64,000 nt of DNA from Eudoraea algarum. Its GTDB lineage: Bacteria; Bacteroidota; Bacteroidia; Flavobacteriales; Flavobacteriaceae. The stretch's first letter is position 1, and every line of letters begins with the position of its first letter. A model generated the notes under the pieces. That model was not told where the DNA came from, made no database searches, and was given only the letters and a program-made list of their open reading frames with translations. Shown piece after piece: positions 29,431 through 39,907 of the stretch. The translations under genes were made by a program, and so were the position numbers. The stretch is from positions 392,277 to 456,276 of the forward strand of contig NZ_JBNGOQ010000003.1 of assembly GCF_050589645.1 (NCBI RefSeq), given 5' to 3'.

Positions 29431-29823
29431 TTATGCTTTACCGATAACGGGCTGCAAATATATTTCTTTTTAAACTTTCCACAAAATAAGGAAGGCCAAA
29501 ATAAAGGCAGCCTGCCCTATATTATTCCAGGGCATTGGTGGTCACATAATAGCGCCAGCCAATGATGGCCAATTGCAGTTTAGAGGCCTTGGAGAGGTCA
29601 AGCTGTCTTTTTGAATACGAGGGCAAAAGGAGTTTGTTTACCCTCGACAAAAACATAAAAAAGGACTTTCTCATCGTACTCGGTTTAGGTTAGCCGTTTT
29701 TCAAAGATAAGTATTGTGTCCGACTTCATACATTGCCGTTTCTTCAAACACTTACCTAACTGAATTTCACCAATGGCTCGTTAAGAAGGGCACTACACTA
29801 AAAATCGGTTTGATAGGTTTCCG

Positions 29824-31161
29824 GTGCATGCTAGCTTAGACAGGAATTTAAATTTTTTTGACATGAAAACAAAATGGACAATTTTACTCTTGCCCACCCT
29901 GATAATCGGTGGTTTTTTTGCCTCCAATTTTAGGACGACGGACCAGAAACCCGTGCGAACATTAGAACCCGAAGCAGGATGCGTATTTATGACGGTTATG
30001 GGGGAGCAATCCTCTCAAGGCTTTAACCAGTATAAGACTAATGGAAACTTGGCGCTGGCCATCGGTGATGGGCTCTCTTGGCTTTCCAAGGCACAATTGC
30101 CCAATGGGGGATATGGTGCTGGGAGCCATAGTGCACAACATATTAGAGATCCACACGCGGTAAAGGCGGATCCCGCCACCACGGCTATTGTTGGGATGGC
30201 CTTGTTAAGAAGTGGAAATACCCTAAAAAAGGGCAAGCACGCCCCGAACCTCAAAAAAGCGTTGGGCTTTTTGTTGGAGACCGTGGAAAATGTAGCAGAT
30301 GATAGCCCTTATATTACAGAGGTCAGGAACACCCAGATCCAAACCAAGTTGGGCGAGAATATAGACGCCGTGCTTACCGCCCAGTTCCTTACCAATGTCC
30401 TGGAACGAGAGTTGGCGGGGATGGACAGAAAAAGGGTAGTTCGCTGCCTGGATATCTGCATTGCGCGAATAGAGGGGGGAACAGATGCCGAAGGCAGGCA
30501 AAAAGGAGCCGGATGGGCCGGAGTGTTGCAAAGCGGTATGGCCAATAGTGCATTGGAATCGGCCATGGCCGTGGGTGCTGCCGTGGATTCGGTGGTGATG
30601 GAACGGTCCCGTAACTATCAAAAGGGCAACTACGACGAAAAGACCGGTACGGTAAAAACAGATGACGGCGCAGGAATAATGCTTTATGCGGTAAGTGGAA
30701 GTGTTAGGGCAAGTGCCAAAGAAGCCCGCAAGGCGGAAGCAGCTATTAACAAAGCGAAAGCTGAGGGTAAATTGGATAAGGATGCGAAAATTAATGCGGC
30801 CAATCTGGAACGCTCAGGGTATACCAAGGCCGAGGCGTTGGAGCATGCAACGGCGTACGAAGTATATCAGTCCGCAAAACGAACCGCCCAGAGGGATGAT
30901 GTAATGTCTGGTTTTGGCAATAATGGGGGAGAGGAGTTTCTAAGTTTTTTACAGACGGGAGAATCCATGGTCGTAAACCAAGATAAGGAGTGGGAGCAAT
31001 GGTATGATGATATGAGCGGGAGGATTTTAAAAATTCAAAATGAGGACGGCAGTTGGAACGGCCATCACTGTATTACCAGTCCGGTTTTCTGTACGGCCAC
31101 AAGCCTGCTTTTGCTCACGGTGGAGAACGATATCGCCTTTCTGCAAAAAATTGGGGAATAG
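29824..31161 (+). CDS. Secreted hypothetical protein, possibly a prenyltransferase/squalene-oxidase-repeat (alpha-alpha toroid) fold
   Basis: N-terminal TM/signal; weak resemblance to terpenoid cyclase/prenyltransferase repeat proteins. Confidence 0.3.
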   Translation: MHASLDRNLNFFDMKTKWTILLLPTLIIGGFFASNFRTTDQKPVRTLEPEAGCVFMTVMGEQSSQGFNQYKTNGNLALAIGDGLSWLSKAQLPNGGYGAGSHSAQHIRDPHAVKADPATTAIVGMALLRSGNTLKKGKHAPNLKKALGFLLETVENVADDSPYITEVRNTQIQTKLGENIDAVLTAQFLTNVLERELAGMDRKRVVRCLDICIARIEGGTDAEGRQKGAGWAGVLQSGMANSALESAMAVGAAVDSVVMERSRNYQKGNYDEKTGTVKTDDGAGIMLYAVSGSVRASAKEARKAEAAINKAKAEGKLDKDAKINAANLERSGYTKAEALEHATAYEVYQSAKRTAQRDDVMSGFGNNGGEEFLSFLQTGESMVVNQDKEWEQWYDDMSGRILKIQNEDGSWNGHHCITSPVFCTATSLLLLTVENDIAFLQKIGE

Positions 31162-31190
31162 ATTAAGTTACCTCAAATAGATAAAAGTAG

Positions 31191-31315
31191 CCTGTATGAA
31201 AAGTGTTTGAATGTCTGTTCGAGCGCAGTCGAGAACTTTTTAAACTATTAATTTATTGAGCATCTCGACTGCGCTCGAAGTGACAGTTTCAATTTTTAAG
31301 CACTTTTCATACAGG
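31191..31315. repeat. 125-bp nested palindrome between convergent genes (outer arms CCTGTATGAAAAGTG/CACTTTTCATACAGG, inner arms TTCGAGCGCAGTCGAGA/TCTCGACTGCGCTCGAA); bidirectional terminator or REP/MITE-like element
   Basis: Perfect 15-bp and 17-bp inverted repeats. Confidence 0.5.
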
Positions 31316-31333
31316 CTTTTCCAAACAAAGGCA

Positions 31334-32668
31334 TTACTTGTTATCGTTTTCCATCATTTTCCTGGCTAGATCTGCCCCAATCAAGGATTGCAACAAATTG
31401 GCGTCGCCGCTCTTGGCATCACCCCCCTCGATAAAGATTTCTGGTAGGTTAAGCTCTTTGAGTTCACGGGCTACCCCAACGGCCATTTTATAATCCCATT
31501 CGGCACGCTCCTGAGGTGTAAGTCCGGCATTGACCAATTTGGCGTTCTGATAGGCTTCGGCATCGGCTGCCACCTTTTTGCTCTGGGCCTTGAACTTTTC
31601 TACTTCAAACTGCTTTTTTTCCTTCACCAAGTTGAACTCGGCTACCTTGGCCTCTGTCTCGGCGGCGATGGTCTTTTGGATCTGCTCCTTTTCCAGGCGG
31701 GCGCGTTCGGCAGCTTTCTCGGCTTCACCACGGGCCTTCTCCTTTTGTGCCCGATAGAATTCCCGTTCGGCCTGCTGCTTCTCGAGTTGGGTCTGGGCCA
31801 CTTCCTCTTTTTGCAATTGCAGACGATTGTCAAAGGTCTCTTCCCAATCTATTTCGGTAACTACGGCCTGCACCACGGTAAGGCCATAACTTTTAAGGGA
31901 ATTGCCCTCTTCCCGGACCGCGGTCCCCTGTTGCATTTTGATCCGATAACGTTTCTGCTTGCGCTGTTTGTTTACTACGGTGCGCACGGTAGCGCTGTCG
32001 CCGATGATTTCTTTGCGTTCATTGGTCAAGTACTCTTCCAGCACATACATGCCGTTTTCCAGCTGATCCTTAAAATACCGGTCAAAGTCAGACGCCTGTC
32101 CAGAGATATAGTCCTGGGCGTCCATAAGCTTACAGGTGTTTTTAATGGATTGGTCAATGTTTGGAATGATACGGGAGCGAATCAGGTTCTGCTCGGTTTT
32201 GTTACGATCGGCCACGGATAGAAACTGTGCATCGTCTTCCGTGTTGATACTGATAACCACGGAAGTGGCTATGCGTGCCTTCACCGCGTCGCTAAATGCC
32301 CAATACTTGGCTACATCCACATTGGCATATTCACTTTGTTCCCCTAGTTCACCCTTGGCGTTGGGGATGACATATTTTATGGGTAGTTCAAACTGCAAGG
32401 GAATAAGGCGCCCCCACATCTTGGTATGGATCCCTTGCCTAAAAACAGCCTTTTGCCCTCCCCAAGGATATTGCACCGCATAGGCGGTACCGGGCTCCGC
32501 ATAAAAGAACGTGCCGGTGAGCACACTCATAACGATGCCTACAAGGATGATTTGGAAACTTCTGCGCTGCGTAAACCAGTCAAACAGTCTGTGGTTCTTA
32601 AAAAGGGGTTTCGCCAATAAGGTAAAGATCCCGACAAGTACGATAAGTATTCCTAAAATTGTTAGCAT
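31334..32668 (-). CDS. SPFH/band-7 (flotillin-like) family protein
   Basis: N-terminal TM, SPFH domain, long E/K/A-rich coiled coil. Confidence 0.65.
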   Translation of the reverse strand: MLTILGILIVLVGIFTLLAKPLFKNHRLFDWFTQRRSFQIILVGIVMSVLTGTFFYAEPGTAYAVQYPWGGQKAVFRQGIHTKMWGRLIPLQFELPIKYVIPNAKGELGEQSEYANVDVAKYWAFSDAVKARIATSVVISINTEDDAQFLSVADRNKTEQNLIRSRIIPNIDQSIKNTCKLMDAQDYISGQASDFDRYFKDQLENGMYVLEEYLTNERKEIIGDSATVRTVVNKQRKQKRYRIKMQQGTAVREEGNSLKSYGLTVVQAVVTEIDWEETFDNRLQLQKEEVAQTQLEKQQAEREFYRAQKEKARGEAEKAAERARLEKEQIQKTIAAETEAKVAEFNLVKEKKQFEVEKFKAQSKKVAADAEAYQNAKLVNAGLTPQERAEWDYKMAVGVARELKELNLPEIFIEGGDAKSGDANLLQSLIGADLARKMMENDNK

Positions 32669-33136
32669 ATGGATTTGGTTTAAAGGTTAGACATGATTAT
32701 GGTCAATATAAAGTACAATACAAACTTTGCTAGAGTGATCATTTCACTTAGGTTTTAGAGGTTAATAAGTAGTTGATGATAATCGATTACTTTTTTAAGA
32801 TATAGCGGAAGATTGCTTATTTCCAAACGGTTTGATGAAATTTAATGCAATTGCATGCAGTGTTGTAAGTGAAAAAATGAATTCGATTATAAGATTTCAA
32901 ATGCTCTCTTGGAAGAAGTTTCTAATCGAAATCTTAATTGTTAAATAACATTACAATTTGTAATAATTCAAGAGGGTTTTTGAGTGGTTTTTCAAATTCC
33001 AAGGGGCATTTTATTCCAAAAACGGCGTTTTTGGGCATTTTCATTTTTTTTCGAAACGATTTTGGCAGGAAAAGACAAGGGGTAAAAACCTATATCAAAT
33101 CAAAAATCTTAGTCTATATTTGCCAAAATTTGTCCT

Positions 33137-34075
33137 ATGCAGGATCTTCTTTTTGTTTTACTGGGGTTGGCCTTGCTCATCATGGGCGGGAATTGGCTGC
33201 TAAAAGCGGCAGTGGCCTTATCCTTGAGGCTTAATATCCCCAAGATCGTTATCGGGATGACGGTAGTTTCCTTTGCCACCTCGGCCCCGGAACTTATTGT
33301 AAGTATTAAGGCCGCCCTGGACGGTTTTCCAGATCTGGCGCTGGGCAATGTGGTGGGTTCCAATATTGCCAATCTTGGATTGGTACTTGGGATTACCGTT
33401 ATCCTGGGGCATATGGATGTTAGAAAAAGCTTCTATACCACAGATTGGCCCGTGATGGCTGTGGCTTCCCTCTTGTTTTTCGGATTTATTTTCTTTGATG
33501 GGCAGTTGCAGCGCTATGAAGGCATGGTCATGGTGGTCCTTCTCTTTTTGTTCTTGGTATACCTTCTGCGTTTTCAAAAGACCGCAGTGGTGGACGAACT
33601 GCCCGAGGATGACGTACCCTTGCCCTTGTATAAGACGGTTTTGTATTTGGGCATTGGAGGGGCGGCCCTATGGGGAGGTTCCGAACTACTGATCGAAGGT
33701 GCGGTGGGCTTGGCCACGTACTATGGCGTAAGCGAACGTGTTATTGCCATTACGGTAGTTTCCATTGGGACCAGCATTCCGGAATTGGCGGCCTCGGTTA
33801 TTGCAGTCATAAAAAAGGAAAAGGCAATTTCCTTGGGGAACCTTATTGGCTCCAACATTTTCAATCTGCTGGCGGTATTGGGAATTACCTCGATCATTAC
33901 ACCGATCAGTGTGGTAGACGACGGACTGTTGTATTACGATGTCTTCTGGATGCTGGGAATTTCCTTTTTGATCCTACCTTTGGTCTTTCTTCCACGCGGC
34001 CTGCGATTGGGCTGGCGGGACGGCTTGGTCCTCCTCGCAGTCTATGTGGTGTTCGTGTACTTTACCATTCAATAA
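33137..34075 (+). CDS. Calcium/sodium antiporter (CaCA family, YrbG-like)
   Basis: Two alpha-repeat motifs (GNVVGSNIANLGLVLG; GNLIGSNIFNLLAVLG). Confidence 0.75.
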   Translation: MQDLLFVLLGLALLIMGGNWLLKAAVALSLRLNIPKIVIGMTVVSFATSAPELIVSIKAALDGFPDLALGNVVGSNIANLGLVLGITVILGHMDVRKSFYTTDWPVMAVASLLFFGFIFFDGQLQRYEGMVMVVLLFLFLVYLLRFQKTAVVDELPEDDVPLPLYKTVLYLGIGGAALWGGSELLIEGAVGLATYYGVSERVIAITVVSIGTSIPELAASVIAVIKKEKAISLGNLIGSNIFNLLAVLGITSIITPISVVDDGLLYYDVFWMLGISFLILPLVFLPRGLRLGWRDGLVLLAVYVVFVYFTIQ

Positions 34076-34219
34076 AAAATGGCTATTCTGTCAGACGAAA
34101 TAGACCACGCAATCGGGCAACGGTGTACGTTGGCTAATCGGAAAGGGTAGGGAATAGGGTATAAAAAAACCGACCCCCGGAATTCCAAGGGTCGGTAGAT
34201 ATATAATCAACAATTAATA

Positions 34220-35245
34220 CTAATTTGCTAGAGCTTCTATATTTGCGGATTTTACCGTTTTAATAATCCTACCGGCTATTTTGTACGGATCTCCGTTTGA
34301 AGCGGGCCTACGATCTTCCAACCATCCTTTCCATCCTTTTTCTACCGTAATAATAGGAATCCGAATAGATGCGCCCCTATCCGAAACCCCGTAACTAAAG
34401 TCCTTAATGGAAGCGGTTTCGTGCAAGCCAGTAAGTCTTTCATTATTAAAGGCACCATATACGTCGATGTGGTCAATGGCTACAGGTCTAAAGGCCTCAC
34501 ATATTTTTTCGTAGATTTCCTTGGAACCACAGGTTCGTAAGGTAGTATTGGAGAAGTTGGCGTGCATCCCGGAACCGTTCCAATCGCCTTTTACCGGCTT
34601 AGGATGTAATTCAATATAGTATCCGTACTTCTCGGTAAGCCTATTTAACAAATATCTGGCAACCCAAATTTCGTCCCCGGCTTTTTTCGCCCCTTTGGCA
34701 AAACATTGAAATTCCCACTGCCCCGGTGCAACCTCCTGGTTGATACCTTCAATATTGATTCCTGCTGCTATACACAGATCCATATGCTCTTCAACAAAAT
34801 CCCTTCCCCATGTATATCTACCTCCTACGGAACAGTAGTATTTGCCCTGTGGTCCGGGAAACCCACCTCTAGGGAATCCTAGGGGTAAATCTGTTTCGGT
34901 ATCCATTAGGAAGTATTCCTGTTCAAAGCCAAACCAGAAGTCATTATCATCATCGTCTATGGTAGCTCTGTAGTTGGAGGGGTGAGGATTGCTATCCGAG
35001 TCTAAAACTTCACACATGACCAAAAAACCATTGGCTCTTTCCGGATCTGGAAAAATGGCAACAGGTTTTAAAAGACAATCCGAAGATCCACCCTCTGCCT
35101 GTTCCGTAGAGCTCCCGTCAAAAGACCATATCGGGCAATCTTCCAATTTGCCACCAAAATCTTCTTCAATTTTCGTTTTACTTCTCAACTCCTGAGTTGG
35201 TTGATGCCCATCTAACCAGATATACTCTAATTTAGTTTTACTCAT
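34220..35245 (-). CDS. glnII: Glutamine synthetase type II (eukaryote-like GSII)
   Basis: 341 aa; GS beta-grasp plus catalytic domain (LEYIWLDGH...; DRGASIRIP). Confidence 0.75.
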   Translation of the reverse strand: MSKTKLEYIWLDGHQPTQELRSKTKIEEDFGGKLEDCPIWSFDGSSTEQAEGGSSDCLLKPVAIFPDPERANGFLVMCEVLDSDSNPHPSNYRATIDDDDNDFWFGFEQEYFLMDTETDLPLGFPRGGFPGPQGKYYCSVGGRYTWGRDFVEEHMDLCIAAGINIEGINQEVAPGQWEFQCFAKGAKKAGDEIWVARYLLNRLTEKYGYYIELHPKPVKGDWNGSGMHANFSNTTLRTCGSKEIYEKICEAFRPVAIDHIDVYGAFNNERLTGLHETASIKDFSYGVSDRGASIRIPIITVEKGWKGWLEDRRPASNGDPYKIAGRIIKTVKSANIEALAN

Positions 35246-35456
35246 AATATTGGTAATTTATTATAAATTTTACGACAGACAAAAATATGTTTTTTCAGGA
35301 ATTAACCTAACTTTTGATGGGTAATTAATTAAGAAAAAGGAATTATTTTTCAACACCCCCAATTTTTTTAGGGTATTTTGTCAAAAATTTATTTTTTTGA
35401 TCATATATTATTAAATCGATAATTCTTAGTTTTGCCGGAACAAACGAAAATTTGAC

Positions 35457-37643
35457 ATGTCTAGAACCAGATTTGACGCTATCGCGGAAAGCCATAAGAG
35501 AAATCGTATAAACATTGAGGAAAAAGGAAGACGTTCGGAACTTTTTGGACAAAACGTGTTCAACGAAGAACGGATGCTGCAGTACCTTACCAAGGAAGCA
35601 CATAGCAGCGTTAAAGCGGCCATTTTTTCCGGCTCCAAGATCGATCGAAAAATTGCGGACCAGGTGGCCGAGGCCATGAAGACATGGGCCATTTCTATGG
35701 GAGCTACGCATTATACACATTGGTTTCAGCCCCTTACCGGAGCAACGGCCGAAAAACACGATGCTTTTTTTGACCTATTGCCCAACGGCAAGGGGATGGA
35801 AAAGTTTGGTGGTGGCCAATTGGTACAACAAGAACCCGATGCCTCCAGTTTTCCCAGTGGCGGCATCCGGAACACTTTTGAAGCCAGGGGTTATACCGCC
35901 TGGGACCCGACCTCCCCTGCATTTATCTACGGGACAACCCTCTGTATTCCCACGATTTTTGTATCCTATACGGGAGAGGCCCTGGACAATAAGGCACCAC
36001 TGCTTAGGGCACTGCACGCGGTTGATGAAGCCGCAACGGCCGTTGCCAAATATTTTGACAAAAACGTTACAAAAGTAAATGCCACCTTGGGCTGGGAACA
36101 GGAATATTTCTTGGTAGACAAGGCCCTGGCCCATTCCCGCCCCGATATCATTATGACCGGCCGTACCCTTATAGGCCATTCGGCCGCTAAGGGGCAACAG
36201 CTGGATGATCACTATTTTGGGGTCATACCAAACCGGGTGATACGATTTATGAGCGATTTGGAACAGGAATGCACAAAATTGGGCATACCGGTAAAGACCC
36301 GACATAATGAAGTGGCTCCCAACCAGTTTGAATTGGCACCCGTTTTTGAAGAGGCCAACTTGGCGGTAGACCATAACCTATTGCTGATGGATGTCATGGA
36401 AAAAGTGGCCGACAAGCACAGTTTTAAGGTGCTTTTTCATGAAAAGCCCTTTGCGGGCATTAACGGTTCCGGGAAGCACAACAATTGGTCGTTGGCTACG
36501 GATACCGGGGTCAATCTGCTAAGTCCGGGTTCTACCCCAATGAAGAATCTACAATTTCTCACCTTTTTCGTAAACACGATCAAGGCGGTGGATACGTATG
36601 AGGAATTGTTGAGGTCCTCCATTGCCTCGGCCAGCAATGACCACAGGTTAGGAGCCAATGAAGCACCGCCCGCTATTTTGTCCATTTTTATCGGCGCCCA
36701 ACTAAGTGATGTCTTGGATGAACTGGAGGGGGTGTCCCAAGGAAAATTATCGCCCCAGGAAAAGACGGAATTGAAACTGAACGTAGTGGGCAAGATTCCG
36801 GAGATCCTTTTGGACAATACCGATCGGAACCGCACCTCGCCCTTCGCCTTTACCGGCAACAAGTTCGAAATGCGGGGCGTGGGGTCTAAAACGAATTGTG
36901 CCAAACCCATGACCATCCTAAATGCGATCATGGCCAAACAATTGATTGCCTTCAAAAAGGAGGTGGATATCCTTATGGACAAGAAAAACCTGAAAAAGGA
37001 CGAAGCGGTCTTTAACGTACTTAGAGAGTACATAAAAACCTCCAAGCGGATTCGTTTTGATGGGGACGGGTATAGCACTGAGTGGGAAAAGGAAGCTAAA
37101 AGAAGAAAGTTGAGCAATAATAAAAATACACCTGAAGCCCTGCAGGTACTTACCTCTAAAGCGAGCTTGGAACTCTTTAAATCCATGGATGTCATGAGCG
37201 AGGTGGAAGTTAAGGCTAGACAAGAGGTAGAGTTGGAAGCCTATATCTTTCATATACAGATAGAAGGACGTGTGTTCAACGAAATCGTCAACAACCACAT
37301 CCTACCATCTTCAATTGCCTATCAGAACAAGCTGATTGACAACGTGACCGGACTTAAGGAGATTTTTGGAGCGGCCCACAAGAAGCTGTCCGACGGGCAG
37401 CTAACCATTATAGAACAAATAGCCGAACATATTGCTGAAGTAAAGAAAAAGGTGGATGCTATGACCGATGCCAGAAAAAGTGCCAATACCATTACGAATA
37501 TCGATAAAAAGGCAAGGGCCTATTGCGATAATGTAAGGCCCTACTTTGACGAGATTCGATACCATTGCGATAAATTGGAGCAGTTGGTGGACAATCAAAT
37601 ATGGCCCCTCACCAAATACCGGGAACTCCTGTTCATAAAGTGA
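35457..37643 (+). CDS. glnN: Glutamine synthetase type III
   Basis: 728 aa; GSIII-like N-terminal and catalytic regions; divergent from glnII. Confidence 0.8.
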   Translation: MSRTRFDAIAESHKRNRINIEEKGRRSELFGQNVFNEERMLQYLTKEAHSSVKAAIFSGSKIDRKIADQVAEAMKTWAISMGATHYTHWFQPLTGATAEKHDAFFDLLPNGKGMEKFGGGQLVQQEPDASSFPSGGIRNTFEARGYTAWDPTSPAFIYGTTLCIPTIFVSYTGEALDNKAPLLRALHAVDEAATAVAKYFDKNVTKVNATLGWEQEYFLVDKALAHSRPDIIMTGRTLIGHSAAKGQQLDDHYFGVIPNRVIRFMSDLEQECTKLGIPVKTRHNEVAPNQFELAPVFEEANLAVDHNLLLMDVMEKVADKHSFKVLFHEKPFAGINGSGKHNNWSLATDTGVNLLSPGSTPMKNLQFLTFFVNTIKAVDTYEELLRSSIASASNDHRLGANEAPPAILSIFIGAQLSDVLDELEGVSQGKLSPQEKTELKLNVVGKIPEILLDNTDRNRTSPFAFTGNKFEMRGVGSKTNCAKPMTILNAIMAKQLIAFKKEVDILMDKKNLKKDEAVFNVLREYIKTSKRIRFDGDGYSTEWEKEAKRRKLSNNKNTPEALQVLTSKASLELFKSMDVMSEVEVKARQEVELEAYIFHIQIEGRVFNEIVNNHILPSSIAYQNKLIDNVTGLKEIFGAAHKKLSDGQLTIIEQIAEHIAEVKKKVDAMTDARKSANTITNIDKKARAYCDNVRPYFDEIRYHCDKLEQLVDNQIWPLTKYRELLFIK

Positions 37644-37712
37644 GGGGTTAACGCCCAGGCCAGGTACCAAAACCGTGGCCTTTTGCGACCTTAATTTAAA
37701 AGCCTACATTTT

Positions 37713-38939
37713 GTGGGCTTTTTTTATGGATTGCCCTATTTTTGCCCCAAACTGCATAAGATGGGTTCGTCCAATAGTAAAAGATATGATTTAAGAGGGG
37801 TTTCGGCCTCCAAAGAAGAGGTGCACAAGGCCATAGAAAATATTGATAAGGGTCTTTTTCCAAAAGCCTTTTGTAAAGTGGTGCCTGATTATCTCACCAA
37901 CGATGATGCTTACTGTCTGATTATGCATGCCGATGGTGCCGGAACCAAATCTTCCTTGGCCTATATGTATTGGAAGGAAACCGGGGATATTTCGGTTTGG
38001 AAGGGCATCGCCCAGGATGCCCTGATCATGAATGTGGACGATCTGCTCTGCGTGGGGGCCACAGATCACATCATGTTGTCCTCCACCATTGGTCGAAATA
38101 AAAATTTGATACCCGGAGCGGTCATAGCAGCCATAATACAAGGTACCGAAGAGCTCATTTCGGATTTGTCCGCTCACGGCATTACCATACACTCCACAGG
38201 TGGGGAGACGGCAGATGTGGGCGATCTGGTACGTACCATCATCGTAGATTCAACGGTTACTGCACGCATCAAAAGGGCCGATGTCATAGACAATGCCAAC
38301 ATACAGGCGGGCGATGTGATCGTTGGTCTTGCTTCCTTTGGCCAGGCCTCTTATGAAAAGGAGTACAACGGCGGGATGGGCAGTAACGGACTCACTTCTG
38401 CCCGGCACGACGTGTTTGCCAAGTACTTGGCGAAAAAATACCCCGAAAGTTATGATGCCGCGGTGCCCGAGGCCCTGGTTTATTCAGGAAACAAGAAATT
38501 GACAGACAAAGTACCCGAAGCTCCCCTTGATGCAGGTAAATTGGTGCTATCGCCCACAAGGACCTACGCTCCGATCATTAAAAAGATCCTTTCGGAATAC
38601 ACGGCAGAAACCATTCACGGAATGATACATTGCAGTGGTGGCGCTCAGACCAAAATCCTCCATTTTATAGACCAATTGCATATCATTAAGGACAATATGT
38701 TCCCGATGCCTCCGCTGTTTCGTTTAATACAGGAGCAATCTGGTACCGAATGGAAGGAAATGTACCAGGTTTTTAACTGCGGTCACCGGATGGAATTATA
38801 TGTAAACGAGGCCATTGCGGAAGATTTGATCGCTATCTCGGAAAGTTTTGGTGTGGCCGCCAAAGTAGTGGGCAAAGTGGTACAAAATCCACACAAAAAG
38901 CTCACGATACAAAGTGAATATGGCACCTTTGTATATTAA
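37713..38939 (+). CDS. AIR synthase-related (PurM-like) protein of unknown function; alternative start at 37761
   Basis: PurM-like N- and C-terminal domains (DALIMNVDDLLCVGA...). Confidence 0.55.
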   Translation: MGFFYGLPYFCPKLHKMGSSNSKRYDLRGVSASKEEVHKAIENIDKGLFPKAFCKVVPDYLTNDDAYCLIMHADGAGTKSSLAYMYWKETGDISVWKGIAQDALIMNVDDLLCVGATDHIMLSSTIGRNKNLIPGAVIAAIIQGTEELISDLSAHGITIHSTGGETADVGDLVRTIIVDSTVTARIKRADVIDNANIQAGDVIVGLASFGQASYEKEYNGGMGSNGLTSARHDVFAKYLAKKYPESYDAAVPEALVYSGNKKLTDKVPEAPLDAGKLVLSPTRTYAPIIKKILSEYTAETIHGMIHCSGGAQTKILHFIDQLHIIKDNMFPMPPLFRLIQEQSGTEWKEMYQVFNCGHRMELYVNEAIAEDLIAISESFGVAAKVVGKVVQNPHKKLTIQSEYGTFVY

Positions 38940-38993
38940 GGTATACGAATCCCCCAATTCCTACGTTGTTTTAATAATTAAGCCCCTTATGCT

Positions 38994-39437
38994 ATGGAAA
39001 GAAAAACGTTTTTAAAAAACTTGGGCGCGGGAGCGGCTTTTGCCGTAGTTTTCCCTTGCCTTCACGGATGCTCCAGCAGTGGAAGCGATGATGTGGCACC
39101 GGAAGATATGAAACCTATACCCACCGGAGTTGATTTTACGATCGATTTGAACACCTCCGAAGGCGCTGGACTGCAGAACAACGGCGATTTTATTCTGAAG
39201 GACTTTGTGGTGGTCGTTAAGAACTTAGAGGGTCAGTTTGTAGCGGCCAGTCAGGTTTGCAGCCATCAACAGACCGAAGAGGTGCGTTTTCTTGAGGAAA
39301 ACGGTGGTATTTACCGATGCTCTACCCATGGTGCCCGCTTTGATCAGCAAGGAGCTCCGTTGAACAGTGTAACTCCCAATCCGCTGAAAATCTTCAATAC
39401 TGAATTGAACGGTACTATTTTACGTGTTTTTGAATAG
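38994..39437 (+). CDS. Rieske [2Fe-2S] domain lipoprotein, probably Tat-exported
   Basis: CSHQQ...CSTHGARF Rieske boxes; N-terminal RKTFLKNLGAGAAFAVV Tat-like motif; lipobox LHGCSS. Confidence 0.65.
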   Translation: MERKTFLKNLGAGAAFAVVFPCLHGCSSSGSDDVAPEDMKPIPTGVDFTIDLNTSEGAGLQNNGDFILKDFVVVVKNLEGQFVAASQVCSHQQTEEVRFLEENGGIYRCSTHGARFDQQGAPLNSVTPNPLKIFNTELNGTILRVFE

Positions 39438-39472
39438 ACACATCCCAATAAAAGTACTTATAACCTACTCAT

Positions 39473-39907
39473 ATGAAACATAGTATTCTAATTACCGCCC
39501 TTTTGTTTTCGTGCTGTCTTTTGGGACAGGACTGGAAAGGAAACTACGCCGAGGCACTTTTGGCTTCAAAGCAAGAGAGCAAGCCCTTGGTGCTGGTCTT
39601 TTCAGGTTCGGATTGGTGTGGCCCGTGCAAACGACTTGATCGGAATATTTGGCAATCGGAAGCCTTTAAGGCCTACGCCTCGCAGCACTATATTCTCTAC
39701 AATGCAGATTTTCCAAGAAAGAAAACGAACAAACTGCCTGAAGAGAAGATAAATGCCAACAAACAACTGGCCGAGCGTTATAACCCAAAGGGACATTTCC
39801 CCTTGGTTCTGGTCCTCAACGGTCAGGAAGAGGTCTTGGGCAAGACCGGATATGAAAAAGTCTCACCAGACGCCTATTTATCTCTTCTAAATTCCTTTAT
39901 AAAGTGA
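39473..39907 (+). CDS. Secreted thioredoxin-family protein (CGPC active site)
   Basis: Signal peptide; SGSDWCGPCKRL. Confidence 0.6.
   Translation: MKHSILITALLFSCCLLGQDWKGNYAEALLASKQESKPLVLVFSGSDWCGPCKRLDRNIWQSEAFKAYASQHYILYNADFPRKKTNKLPEEKINANKQLAERYNPKGHFPLVLVLNGQEEVLGKTGYEKVSPDAYLSLLNSFIK

Noticed and set aside
29522-29674. 50-aa minus-strand ORF (MRKSFFMFLSRVNKLLLPSYSKRQLDLSKASKLQLAIIGWRYYVTTNALE) next to the tRNA, considered as a possible integrase or transposase fragment
   Set aside because: No recognisable integrase/recombinase motifs (no R..H..R..Y pattern). It is below the size cut-off and lies on the non-island side of the tRNA. Left as unassigned.
31676-33577. Antisense ORFs within the SPFH gene and the antiporter gene (31676..32221, 32136..32483, 33218..33577 and others)
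   Set aside because: Overlap well-supported genes on the opposite strand; no independent features.
35343-37670. Many ORFs of 60-250 aa on both strands overlapping glnN (for example 35775..36374, 36437..37195, 36918..37298) and the 138-aa ORF 35343..35759 across the glnII-glnN intergenic region
   Set aside because: They lie antisense or out of frame to a well-supported 728-aa GSIII gene; long open frames here are a by-product of moderately high GC and biased codon usage.
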